This document shows, piece by piece, positions 1 to 9,007 of a stretch of DNA of 64,000 nt (positions are counted from its first letter, which is position 1; the number at the start of each line of letters is the position of its first letter). The notes beneath the pieces are model-generated. The model did no database searches. It worked only from the letters and a program-made list of their open reading frames with translations, and was not told the DNA's origin. The DNA lies in assembly GCA_964655235.1 (NCBI GenBank), contig CAZZLX010000001.1, forward strand, positions 1,842 to 65,841, given 5' to 3'. The position numbers and the translations under genes are program-made. Source of the DNA: an uncultured Rhizobium sp. (GTDB taxonomy: Bacteria; Pseudomonadota; Alphaproteobacteria; SHVZ01).

Positions 1-763
1 CGCCGAAGCCCTGTTCGCACCAGATCAGGAGCCGTAGGCCGGTCTTGATCTCGCCGTCCCAGAAGGGAAACGCCCAATGAGTGCGGGTCCGCTGCATCTC
101 GGTAAGTTCGAAGCGCCGCTGGTAGAGTTCGAAGCCGCGGCGAAGATCGCCGGCGGCCAGGCGACAGGTGGAAAGAGCGAATGCCGCCTCCGCGTTGGAC
201 GGATCGATCGACAGCGCGCGGCCATAGGATCGCTCGGCTTCGCTTCTCAGGCCCAGGGCATTGACGGCCAAGCCCTCGTTCACGCGGGCGGCGACGAGGG
301 CGGGTTCCAGGCAGATCGCGCCGCGGGCCACACGGATGCCGGCCTCCGGCAGCTCGGTGCGATTGAGCGCTTGCGCCAAGTTCGCCATGACGCGCGCCGC
401 GCCGCGGTCCACGGCGAGCGCCCGCCGCTGCCAGGCGATCGCATCCTCCAGCAGGTTTCGTTGCGCCATCGCTTCGCTGGCGTTGGCGAGCACCGGCAGA
501 GTCGACGGAAGAAGGATGACGGCACGGCGAAGAGCCTTGAGAGCACCGGCGGTGTCGTCCGCGACGAGGCGTGCAGTCCCGAGTTCGTAATGGAGATGGC
601 CGTCCGCTTCGATGGCGGCGGCGCGGCCATGGCATGCGGCGGCGCGGTGGATGTCGTGGCGGCGGTGGAGAAAGCCGAGCTGCCGCAGGTGTGCCGGATC
701 GCCGGGTGCCTGCGCGATCTGGCGCCGGACGGATGCGATCACACCGGCTGCCGGATCTTCCAT
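1..763 (-). CDS. TPR-repeat protein with C-terminal GT9-like (heptosyltransferase-type) domain, 3'-truncated by the window edge
   Basis: Minus-strand ATG at 763 (cat at 761-763) hand-translates MEDPAAGVIASVRRQ. The same frame continues to the left edge with no stop, which is why it is absent from the ORF track. TPR-like EAERSYGRALSIDPSNAEAA precedes the hallmark ...RTHWAFPFWDGEIKTGLRLLIWCEQGFGD. GGAG lies 3 nt upstream of the ATG. The 491-aa plus-strand ORF 77..1552 is its antisense shadow. Confidence 0.75.
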   Translation of the reverse strand, partial: MEDPAAGVIASVRRQIAQAPGDPAHLRQLGFLHRRHDIHRAAACHGRAAAIEADGHLHYELGTARLVADDTAGALKALRRAVILLPSTLPVLANASEAMAQRNLLEDAIAWQRRALAVDRGAARVMANLAQALNRTELPEAGIRVARGAICLEPALVAARVNEGLAVNALGLRSEAERSYGRALSIDPSNAEAAFALSTCRLAAGDLRRGFELYQRRFELTEMQRTRTHWAFPFWDGEIKTGLRLLIWCEQGFG

Positions 764-811
764 CGTCTCCAGTCGACTATGGTCGGGCCGGGTTCGAGCG
801 ACGTCCCGGCG

Positions 812-1267
812 TTACGAAGTCCCGGCTGCCTTCTGGGCTTCTTCCCGCTGGCGGACAGCATACAGGACATTGAAGTCGAGCGGCTCCAGCCAGACCGGGG
901 GCAGGCCGGCGCCAACGACCGCCTGAGTCAGGATCGCGGCGGCGTGCGGATAGATGTGACGAGGCGCCTCGACGTTGAGGAACGTACGCGCGATGTCGGG
1001 ATCGAGATTGGTGATGCGGTAGATGACGGCATAAGTGAGTTCGACGATGAAGGCCTGCTGACCGTCGATGCTGCCGGTGGCGCCCAGGAACAGCTCGGAT
1101 TCCTGCAATCCTTCGCCAAGGTCGTTGACGGTGACATGCGCCCGCAGTTCGACGCCCATGGGCCGGATGTCGCGGCGGGCGAGCTTGCCTGTCCGCATGT
1201 TCTCGAACGAAAGATCCTTCAGGTACTGGTTGACGAGCTGAAGGGCGGGCGTGGTCGTTTCGGTCAT
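812..1267 (-). CDS. secB: Protein-export chaperone SecB
   Basis: 151 aa. MTETTTPALQLVNQYLKDLSFENMRTGKLA... is a canonical SecB N-terminus with the conserved acidic C-terminal region; typical length. Confidence 0.93.
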   Translation of the reverse strand: MTETTTPALQLVNQYLKDLSFENMRTGKLARRDIRPMGVELRAHVTVNDLGEGLQESELFLGATGSIDGQQAFIVELTYAVIYRITNLDPDIARTFLNVEAPRHIYPHAAAILTQAVVGAGLPPVWLEPLDFNVLYAVRQREEAQKAAGTS

Positions 1268-1294
1268 GTCGCTGTCCTGGCTTCGGCTGACGGA

Positions 1295-1541
1295 TCAGCT
1301 CTTGTTCTTACAGAAATCGGTAAGGACGCCGATGAGACTGGCGGCCGTGCTGTGGTCCAGGAAGACCGAGCACTGAAAGTTAGGCAGTTCGTCACCCGGC
1401 TGCTTGGATCCGAATACCATCTGGATGAGGTTGTCCGAATTGAACAGGGTGCAGTGGTTGGCGAGATAGGTCGGCACCTTCGCCTTCAAGGCTGCGGTGC
1501 CTTCGGGCGGCATGTTCGGGATGTTCGGTTGATCGGTCATC
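1295..1541 (-). CDS. Hypothetical small protein (81 aa from the internal ATG; ORF extends to 1594)
   Basis: ORF 1295..1594. The internal start MTDQPNIPNMPPEG at 1541 is preceded by AGGTGA 5 nt upstream and avoids overlap with the upstream gene. No recognisable family. Confidence 0.5.
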
Positions 1542-1571
1542 GGTTCACCTGAAGTTCGAAGGGCCGCGCCG

Positions 1572-1910
1572 CTACGGGCGACGAGCGAGGACATCTCGGA
1601 TCGAAGCGACCAGGCCGTCCGCGACCTCGTAGCTCAGATCGATCGAGCATCTGGGATTGGGTTTGCCGTCCCGATGGGGCGTACCGACGAAAATCAGCCG
1701 CATATGCTGCTCGCCGCCGAGCACGATGACGTTCTCGCCGACGAATACCGGCATGTACTGCTTCAGGAGATCCTGGATCTCCTGGGGCAGCTGCCGCGAC
1801 TCGACATTTCCGCTCACGCCTAACTCCTTCGAGATAGCTCGAAGCAAGTGCCAATCGGCACTACGTATCCGAGGACGTTTGCATTTAGGGGCTGGCGGTT
1901 TCGATCTCAA
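1572..1910 (-). CDS. Hypothetical protein, start uncertain (TTG at 1910, or internal ATG/GTG)
   Basis: 112-aa ORF in the same minus-strand string as the AKR gene and secB, with typical GC3-rich codon usage. No recognisable motif. Confidence 0.4.
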   Translation of the reverse strand: MRSKPPAPKCKRPRIRSADWHLLRAISKELGVSGNVESRQLPQEIQDLLKQYMPVFVGENVIVLGGEQHMRLIFVGTPHRDGKPNPRCSIDLSYEVADGLVASIRDVLARRP

Positions 1911-1953
1911 GCCAAATCGCAGCGAAATCTGGGCGGAAAGCCGCGATACGACC

Positions 1954-2883
1954 TCATTTCGTCGATCTGGGCGGCCACCTTCTGGGATCGATCAGTGCTG
2001 GATCGGGTTCGGGCGGCCGGAAAGGCGGAAGTTCGCCTGTCGTGCCGACGGCATCGACGACCTCTCGGAGCTGCGGCACGGCTGCCACGCCCACGATCGC
2101 GCACTCGACGGCTGGACACGCGAGAACGAGCCCAAGACAAGCGGCGATCGGCGAGATGCGGCCGGAGTGCCAGGCGGACCAGGCCAATAGCGCGGGATCG
2201 CGCCGCGCGAAGGCCGGCAGTTCGTCGGGTGCGGCGACGAGAAGTCCCTGAAGGAAGACCGATCGAGCGTGGAGGACCAAGCCGTTGCGTTCCAGAAGCC
2301 CGAGAATGGCATCGTCAAGAAAGCGTCGATCCAAGGGATTGATCGGGGCCTGCACGACGTCGAACACCTTTTCGTCGAAGACCGCGTCGAGCTCCGGCGG
2401 ATCGTAGATGGAAACGCCCAGGCGGGTGACGGCACCCTCGCTCTTGAGCGCCGTCAGAGCGGCGACCAGCTCGGCGACATCCGGCCGGGAGAGGTCGGAC
2501 ACCCGATGCAGCAGAAGGAGATCGATGTGCTCACGACGTAACCGTTCGACCGACCGCGCGACGCTTTCGTGCACGGCGCGGCCTGCCTGACCGACGGGAA
2601 CGTCCGCGAGGGGCCCGATCTTGGTTGCGATGCGGAACGATGGATGACGTCCAAGCTGCTCGCCCAGCCTCGACTCCGCATCGCCGTATGCAGGTGCCGT
2701 GTCGATCCAGGCAACGCCGGCCTCGTCAGCCAAATCAAGCATCGCCGCGAGCGCGTCGGCGTCCGGTGGCGGATGGCGATTGGTCGCGCCGTAGGGCAGG
2801 CCGACCTGTGCGGTTCCGAGCGCGAGCCGGGCGATCGCGGGTCGGCTGTCGAAACGCTGGACGCCGGTCGTGCTATCGATCAT
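1954..2883 (-). CDS. Aldo/keto reductase family oxidoreductase
   Basis: LGTAQVGLPYG..., IDTAPAYGDAE..., IATKIG and LLLHRVSD are AKR signatures. ATG at 2883 (MIDSTTG) is preferred over the ORF-track start at 2928. Divergent from pseB. Confidence 0.8.
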   Translation of the reverse strand: MIDSTTGVQRFDSRPAIARLALGTAQVGLPYGATNRHPPPDADALAAMLDLADEAGVAWIDTAPAYGDAESRLGEQLGRHPSFRIATKIGPLADVPVGQAGRAVHESVARSVERLRREHIDLLLLHRVSDLSRPDVAELVAALTALKSEGAVTRLGVSIYDPPELDAVFDEKVFDVVQAPINPLDRRFLDDAILGLLERNGLVLHARSVFLQGLLVAAPDELPAFARRDPALLAWSAWHSGRISPIAACLGLVLACPAVECAIVGVAAVPQLREVVDAVGTTGELPPFRPPEPDPALIDPRRWPPRSTK

Positions 2884-2915
2884 ATGGTACTTTTCTATCT
2901 CCCGACCGTGCCGAA

Positions 2916-3941
2916 ATGAACAGGCCAAAACACGTCGCCAACATGAGTTTCTTCCAGGACAAGAGCATCCTGGTCACTGGGGGGACCGGGTCGTTCGGTC
3001 GCCGCTTCGTCGAGCGTCTGCTGGCTGCCGGCAAGCCGCGGCGCCTCATCGTATTCAGTCGCGACGAGCTCAAGCAGCATGAGATGCGCGAGAGCATGCT
3101 GGGCGGCAGGACCGATCCGATGCGCTACTTCCTGGGCGACATCAGGGATTGCGACCGGCTTCGTCGGGCATTCCACGGCGTGGACATCGTCGTGCATGCG
3201 GCGGCCCTCAAGCAGGTACCGGCGTGCGAATACAACCCGATCGAGGCTGTCCTCACAAACGTCATGGGCGCGCGCAACGTCGTCGAGGCGGCGATCGACC
3301 AGGGCGTCGAGCGGGTGATTGCTCTGTCGACCGACAAGGCAGTCAATCCGATCAACATCTATGGCGCGACGAAGCTTTGCATGGAAAAGCTGATCGTCCA
3401 GGCCAATGTGTATTCGGGCCGGGGCCAAAAGCCGTTCTTCGCCTGCTCGCGCTACGGAAACGTGATCGGCAGCCGAGGCTCGGTGGTGCCGCTGTTCAAG
3501 GCACAGCGCTCCAGCGGTCGCGTCACCGTCACCGATCGGCGCATGACCCGCTTTTGGCTGACGCTCGACGAAGGCGTCGATTTCGTCTTCGAGTGCATTG
3601 CCCGCATGAAGGGTGGTGAGGTTTTCGTTCCGAAGATTCCCAGCATGCGGATTACCGATCTGGCGGGTGCGGTTGCTCCGGGTTGTGAGATCGACGTCGT
3701 CGGGGTTCGACCAGGCGAGAAGCTGCACGAGGTGCTGCTGTCGGAGGACGAGGCGCGACATGCCCGGGACGTCGGCAACGCATATGTGATCCTGCCGGAC
3801 GGCGAGGATCTGCAGATTCCGGACGATCAGATCCAAGGCGCGACGTTGCCGGAAGGATTTCGCTACAGCAGCGACTCCAACGACAGCTGGTTCAGCGCGA
3901 AGGACTTAGAGGCGATCCTTCAAGAATCCGCCAGCAGCTAG
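2916..3941 (+). CDS. pseB: UDP-GlcNAc 4,6-dehydratase (PseB/FlmA; CapD-like short-chain dehydratase)
   Basis: ILVTGGTGSFG Rossmann motif, YGATKLCMEKL (YxxxK), ~340 aa and ACSRYGNVIGSRGSV match PseB/FlmA. ATG at 2916, or alternatively 2943. The ORF-track start at 2625 is an upstream extension. Confidence 0.88.
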   Translation: MNRPKHVANMSFFQDKSILVTGGTGSFGRRFVERLLAAGKPRRLIVFSRDELKQHEMRESMLGGRTDPMRYFLGDIRDCDRLRRAFHGVDIVVHAAALKQVPACEYNPIEAVLTNVMGARNVVEAAIDQGVERVIALSTDKAVNPINIYGATKLCMEKLIVQANVYSGRGQKPFFACSRYGNVIGSRGSVVPLFKAQRSSGRVTVTDRRMTRFWLTLDEGVDFVFECIARMKGGEVFVPKIPSMRITDLAGAVAPGCEIDVVGVRPGEKLHEVLLSEDEARHARDVGNAYVILPDGEDLQIPDDQIQGATLPEGFRYSSDSNDSWFSAKDLEAILQESASS

Positions 3942-3960
3942 GGCGGTTGGACGTACGAGC

Positions 3961-6258
3961 GTGGTGCAGGCGCTTTTCACGTCCGAACTGGAATCCGCTG
4001 CTCGAGCGCATGATGCCGGAAAGCTGGCAGAAGCGTTGCGCGGCTTCCGTCGCGCCGCTGTGCTGGATCCGGCGAGCCTGCCGGTCATCGGTTCGATCGG
4101 GCTGGTTCTTCTCGATGCGAACTCGAATGAGGCCGGCAGGTGGTGCGGCACCGCCGTGCACCTGGACCCTTACAATATAGCCGCCTTGCACAACCTCGCC
4201 CTGGCATCCAGGCGGGCGGATCCAGGGCGGACACTTCGTCGGCTTCTGGCGCTCGCACCGTCGTACGAGGAGGGCGGCAGGCTGCTTGCAGCCGCCGACG
4301 TGTCGCGCGGAAACCTCCAGACGGGCGACACGAGGCTGAGGCGCGTCTTGGGCGCTGCGCCGCTGTCGGTCGCCGTACTCGTGGACGCCGCGGAAAGCGC
4401 GCGGCGTCTCGGGCGTCAGGGCCGGTCGGATGCGGCGCTTCGGGCCGCGCTGGCACTTGCGCCGACGAATGTCGGCGTTCTTAACGCCGGTGGCGTTCAG
4501 GCCCAGAGGAAGACTGATGGCGACAGGGCCATCCTCCTCTATCGACGCGGCCTCGCGGTGAACGATCGCCATCCGGCTCTGTGGAGCAATGTCGGGATGG
4601 CCTTCATGCGCCGGGGGCTCGTCGGCCTGGCGGCAGGCGGCTTTCGACGGTCGATCGCGCTCAATCCGCCCGGCGCCGATGCGATGGCCGGTCTCGCTTT
4701 CGCCGAGGGCGTCAAGCGGCAGGAAGAGAGGTCCTTGTCCTTGTGCCGGCGTTCCATGGTGCTGGAGCCGGCCGCCGCTGCGGCGCGTGCTCTCTACGCA
4801 TCCATCGAGCGGACGCGCGGGCGACTTTCCGAGGCGGCGCTGCACTGCCGGCTGGCCTTGGTGTCCCAGCCCGACGATGCCACGACGCACATGGTGCTGG
4901 GCGCGGCCTATCAGGAGATGCGAAAGCTCGAAGCGGCAATGACGGCTTTCGGGCGAGCGCTTGCGGGACAGGCAGGCTTCGTCGATGCGGAACGGAATCT
5001 GCTCTACGCGCTCCTTCATCTCCCGGGCGTTTCGGAAGAACGTGTGTTCCGATCGACGGTGCTGTTCGCGACGCGGCATCAGCCCGCGGAAGACGCCGTT
5101 CTGCCGAAACCAGCCAACGATGCCGACGGCGAACGACGTCTCCGCGTCGGCTACGTCTCGTCCGATTTTCGTGAGCATCCCAATCGCTGGTTCATGAATG
5201 CGCTGTTCGAGCACCGGGATCGGGAATCCATCTCGGTCGTCTGCTACAGCGCGAGTTACCAGAAGGATCGCGAAACCGAGTGGATCAGGTCGAAGGTCGA
5301 TGGCTGGCGCGAGGTCGTCGAAATGAGCGACGTCGAGATCGCCAAGGCGATGCGGGAGGACCAGATCGACATCGCTGTTTTCATCGGCGGCCGGTTCGAT
5401 GGAAATCGTCCCCTCGTCGCGGCCTATCGCGCGGCGCCCGTTCAGATCTCCTATCTGGATGGAGGAACCAGCGGCGTCCGCCACATGGACTACTGGATTA
5501 CCGACGGAACGTTGCATCCGGAGGGCGGGACCAAGGAGATCTTCAGCGAGGAGCTGTTTCGACTCCCGGTCTTCTACTCCTTCACGCGGCCGATGCCGAA
5601 CGTTCCCGTGGTCGTGCCGCCGGCCTTGCGGGAAGGGCGGATCACCTTCGGATCTTTCACGCAGCCAGCGAGGATCACGGACGAGGTCATTTCCGTCTGG
5701 TCCGAGATCCTTAATGCGGTACCCGGCAGCCGCGTGCTGCTGAAGTCGCGGAACCGCTACGGCGATCAAGCCAACCGGAATCTTCTGGAAATGGCCTTCG
5801 CCGACCGGGGCATCTCGGGGGATCGCTTGCTGCTAGGGACGACGACGGACAGTCATTCGGCGCATCTGGCGCAGTACGGACGGATGGATATCGCGCTCGA
5901 CACCTTCCCGTTCAACGCGGCGACGACCAACTTCGAGGCGCTCTGGATGGGCGTTCCGATCGTGACCTTGCCGGGCACAAGGTTCGTCGCGAGGATGGGG
6001 GCTGCCATCCTGACGTCCGCCGGCCATCCGGAGCTGGTCGCGACCGACCGCCGCCACTATATCGACATCGCCGTCGGGCTTGCGCGCGACGTCGGCCGAC
6101 TGGCCGATCTCAGGTCCGGGCTTCGCGAACGGCTCAGAGCGTCGCCCTTGTGCGACGGTCCGGCATACGCCAGGAACATGGAGGCGGCTTACCGGTCGAT
6201 GTGGCGGCGATGGTGCCAGCAGCAAGCTGTTGAAGCGCTTCGACAGTCGCGGCCATAA
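3961..6258 (+). CDS. TPR-repeat protein with C-terminal GT41-like (O-GlcNAc transferase family) domain; FlmG/OGT-like
   Basis: 765 aa. The N-terminal half is TPR-like. The C-terminal half has ITFGSFTQPARIT..., RMDIALDTFPFNAATTNFEALWMGVPIVTLPGTRFVARMGAAIL, which matches the human OGT C-lobe motif (…[28 protein letters not shown]…). It lies 20 bp downstream of pseB. Confidence 0.88.
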   Translation: MVQALFTSELESAARAHDAGKLAEALRGFRRAAVLDPASLPVIGSIGLVLLDANSNEAGRWCGTAVHLDPYNIAALHNLALASRRADPGRTLRRLLALAPSYEEGGRLLAAADVSRGNLQTGDTRLRRVLGAAPLSVAVLVDAAESARRLGRQGRSDAALRAALALAPTNVGVLNAGGVQAQRKTDGDRAILLYRRGLAVNDRHPALWSNVGMAFMRRGLVGLAAGGFRRSIALNPPGADAMAGLAFAEGVKRQEERSLSLCRRSMVLEPAAAAARALYASIERTRGRLSEAALHCRLALVSQPDDATTHMVLGAAYQEMRKLEAAMTAFGRALAGQAGFVDAERNLLYALLHLPGVSEERVFRSTVLFATRHQPAEDAVLPKPANDADGERRLRVGYVSSDFREHPNRWFMNALFEHRDRESISVVCYSASYQKDRETEWIRSKVDGWREVVEMSDVEIAKAMREDQIDIAVFIGGRFDGNRPLVAAYRAAPVQISYLDGGTSGVRHMDYWITDGTLHPEGGTKEIFSEELFRLPVFYSFTRPMPNVPVVVPPALREGRITFGSFTQPARITDEVISVWSEILNAVPGSRVLLKSRNRYGDQANRNLLEMAFADRGISGDRLLLGTTTDSHSAHLAQYGRMDIALDTFPFNAATTNFEALWMGVPIVTLPGTRFVARMGAAILTSAGHPELVATDRRHYIDIAVGLARDVGRLADLRSGLRERLRASPLCDGPAYARNMEAAYRSMWRRWCQQQAVEALRQSRP

Positions 6259-6286
6259 TCGTCCGCAACCTGGACTTAAGGAATCG

Positions 6287-8161
6287 ATGGGCGCGGAACA
6301 GCACAAGGAGGGGCGCGAAGGCGCGGCGACCGACGCGGTGGTGCGTGCCGTAGCGCTGGCGGCGACGCTGAGGGATCGCGATCCGTCGTGCCTGATCCCC
6401 GCGCTGGTCGCAACCGTCAAGGACATCTCGACGCGGCTTGCGCGCGAAGAACAACTCTCTCCCGCAGCGCTCGAGCCGATCCTCACCGACGCGGCAAAAC
6501 GCGACAAGGACGACATCGTCGCGGTCCTGTCGGGACTCATCGCCGTGCAGCTGATCGATCGACAGCAGGCGTCGGACGAACCCGCGGATGGCGGCAAGCG
6601 CCTTTCGCCGGATCTCGTGCTCGGCATTACCAAGCGGATCGCCGCCGAGACGATAGGTGAGGATTCCTACCTCCAGCAGCTCGGCCGATGGCTGGCGGCA
6701 GGCGCACGGGCGTGGTCGTCCGAGTTCTATCCGCTCGAGGTGCGGAACCTGATGGAGCGCGTTCTGCGGCTCGTCGCGGTCCACGGTGCCGAAGCCGTCA
6801 TGGGCAGCGTCAGCCTCCTGTCCGCACCGTTCCGGAACGACGAGGATCTCGAGGCTCTGCTCGGCCAGGGACGACGCCGGCAAATGGCCGAGGCCCGCGA
6901 CAATGTCGCCGATGATGCGCTGGTCGTCCTGTCGTCGGCGCACTTCCAGAGCCTCCGGGAGGCTCTCTACAAGAACAACTTCCGGAAGGTCGAAGGATCG
7001 CCTTGGCCGACCGCGCCGCTGGAGCGCAGCAACGCCAAGAGCTACGCGCAGCTGCGGCCGGCCGCGATGGATCTCGGCTCGCTCATGGCGCCCAAGACGA
7101 TCGAAGCTTGGGCGACCACGATGTGGCGACAGCAGAGCGAGCTCTCCGACCTCGACGCGGATGCACTGGATGCGCTTTGTGCCATCTATCTCAGCCAGGC
7201 GCGCGGCCCCGACGACACGGCTGTCGCCGACGTCGACGAGATCCTCGCCATGCGCGGCCTGAAGCCGAAGCGGGCCGGCAGCGGCCGTCGCGGCGGCTAC
7301 GAGCCCGAGCAGCGCGCAGACATGCTGAAGGCGCTCTCGCACATCCAGAATGTCTGGATCAATGTCGCCGAGGTCATGGTGTACGAGAAGGAGACGAACG
7401 GCCAGAAGCCGCGCGCGCCTGTCGCCAAGACCCTTCAGAGCCGTCCCTTCATCATCACCGACCGCATGGGGCAGATCCGGCTCGACGGATACATAGAGGT
7501 GGAGCGCTTCATCTTCCGGCCCGGGAAGGCCTTCGCAGCGTTCCTCTTCGGAACCGGCCAGGAGACCGGCCTGCTGTTCAAGAAGGCCCTGCAGTACGAC
7601 CCGTTCCGTCGGAAATGGGAAAAGCGCATCACGCGCTACATGAGCTGGCACTGGCGAGCCGCCAGCCTGTCGGGCGAGTTCAACCAGACCTATTCCGTCC
7701 GCACGCTCCTCGACGCCGTCGGCGAAAGCGTCAATGAGCGCTACCCGTCGAAAACCCGCGCCCGGCTCGAGCAGGCGTTGGACCAGCTCGCGATCGACAA
7801 GGTTCTGGTGAGCTGGCGCTATGTCGACTGGCGCGAGGACGAGACGTCGTCGCGTGGCTGGACGGAGAAGTGGCTGGACGCGGGGATAGCGATCGAAGCG
7901 CCGCAGGTGATACGCGACTACTATCTGCGCACGCGTGGCCAGAAGCAGTCGCACGCCATCGAGCGCGGTATGCGTGGAGACCCGGCGGATCTGGCGGAGA
8001 GGCTGAAGCGGCTTCGGAAGACGCTGGGCTTGTCCCAGCAGGAAGCGGCCGCCCGCCTCGGCATTCAGCAAGGGCATGTGAGCAAGCTCGAACGTGGGAA
8101 AGCGACTCCTTCACCTCAGCTTCGGGAAGTCATCGAGACGTGGCTGTCCGAGGTGGCGTAG
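6287..8161 (+). CDS. Large protein of unknown function with C-terminal XRE-family helix-turn-helix
   Basis: ATG at 6287 (MGAEQHKEG) follows the previous stop at 6258. The ORF-track start at 6080 overlaps the upstream gene. The C-terminus LRKTLGLSQQEAAARLGIQQGHVSKLERGKATPS is a Cro/C1-type HTH. The ~560-aa N-terminal region has no family recognisable by eye. Confidence 0.75.
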   Translation: MGAEQHKEGREGAATDAVVRAVALAATLRDRDPSCLIPALVATVKDISTRLAREEQLSPAALEPILTDAAKRDKDDIVAVLSGLIAVQLIDRQQASDEPADGGKRLSPDLVLGITKRIAAETIGEDSYLQQLGRWLAAGARAWSSEFYPLEVRNLMERVLRLVAVHGAEAVMGSVSLLSAPFRNDEDLEALLGQGRRRQMAEARDNVADDALVVLSSAHFQSLREALYKNNFRKVEGSPWPTAPLERSNAKSYAQLRPAAMDLGSLMAPKTIEAWATTMWRQQSELSDLDADALDALCAIYLSQARGPDDTAVADVDEILAMRGLKPKRAGSGRRGGYEPEQRADMLKALSHIQNVWINVAEVMVYEKETNGQKPRAPVAKTLQSRPFIITDRMGQIRLDGYIEVERFIFRPGKAFAAFLFGTGQETGLLFKKALQYDPFRRKWEKRITRYMSWHWRAASLSGEFNQTYSVRTLLDAVGESVNERYPSKTRARLEQALDQLAIDKVLVSWRYVDWREDETSSRGWTEKWLDAGIAIEAPQVIRDYYLRTRGQKQSHAIERGMRGDPADLAERLKRLRKTLGLSQQEAAARLGIQQGHVSKLERGKATPSPQLREVIETWLSEVA

Positions 8162-8173
8162 GCACCCACCGCC

Positions 8174-9007
8174 ATGACCGTCGTCATCCCCGGCACGACG
8201 ATCTGCTGCGTCGACTGCAGCGCCTACGACCTCGCCGCGAGAGCCCTTGCGGTCAGCATGGCGCAATGCCGGTTCGAGCACGCGATCCTGTTCACCGATC
8301 GGCCGATGGATGTTGTCGGCGTAGAAGTGCGTCTCATCCCGGCGATCGCCAGCACTGCGGACTATTCGCAGTTCCTGCTGAAGGAGCTGCGCCATCACAT
8401 CACCACCGAGTTCGTGCTCGTCACGCAGTGGGACGGCTACGTGATCGACGGGCGCGAGTGGCGTCCGGATTTCCAGACCTATGACTACATCGGCGCGCGC
8501 TGGCCGCATGTGCCCGGCATCGAGGTCGGCAACGGGGGATTCTCGCTGCGGTCGCGCCGGCTGCTCGAGGCGTGCGGGGACGAGCGCTTCGTCGTGAGCC
8601 ACCCGGAAGACGCGGCCATATGCGTCAGCAACCGGCGTTTCCTCGAGAGGGAGAAAGGCATTCGTTTCGCCCCCCCTGAGCTTGCCGAGCGGTTCTCGTT
8701 CGAGCGCACCAGGGATGGCTGGCCGCATTTCGGCTTCCACGGGCTCTTCAATCTTCCGTTCGTGATGGCGGATGAGGAACTGCCGGGGTTCGTCGCCGCG
8801 ATGCCCGCACGCATCGCCTGGATGGGCGAGCTCTTCGAAGCTCTGCTCGCCTACATGGCGACCGGACGGGTGCGAGAGGCGCGGACGATCTGGCACTGGA
8901 TGACGCGGCATCGCCCGGAAGCGGAGATGGTGAGCTTCATGAGGCAGCACGTCCGGCCGCTCGACGCCTGCGAGAATATCATCGCAGCACTTACTGCCGC
9001 CGGATAG
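8174..9007 (+). CDS. Conserved hypothetical protein, possibly a glycosylation-associated DUF
   Basis: 277 aa, 13 bp after the upstream stop, same operon. Cys-rich N-terminus (TICCVDCSAY). No catalytic motif recognised. Confidence 0.6.
   Translation: MTVVIPGTTICCVDCSAYDLAARALAVSMAQCRFEHAILFTDRPMDVVGVEVRLIPAIASTADYSQFLLKELRHHITTEFVLVTQWDGYVIDGREWRPDFQTYDYIGARWPHVPGIEVGNGGFSLRSRRLLEACGDERFVVSHPEDAAICVSNRRFLEREKGIRFAPPELAERFSFERTRDGWPHFGFHGLFNLPFVMADEELPGFVAAMPARIAWMGELFEALLAYMATGRVREARTIWHWMTRHRPEAEMVSFMRQHVRPLDACENIIAALTAAG

Noticed and set aside
77-1552. 491-aa plus-strand ORF spanning the left 1.5 kb
   Set aside because: It is the antisense shadow of the partial TPR-GT9 gene (1..763) and secB. 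The translation is low-complexity Ala/Gly/Arg-rich, and convincing proteins are on the opposite strand.
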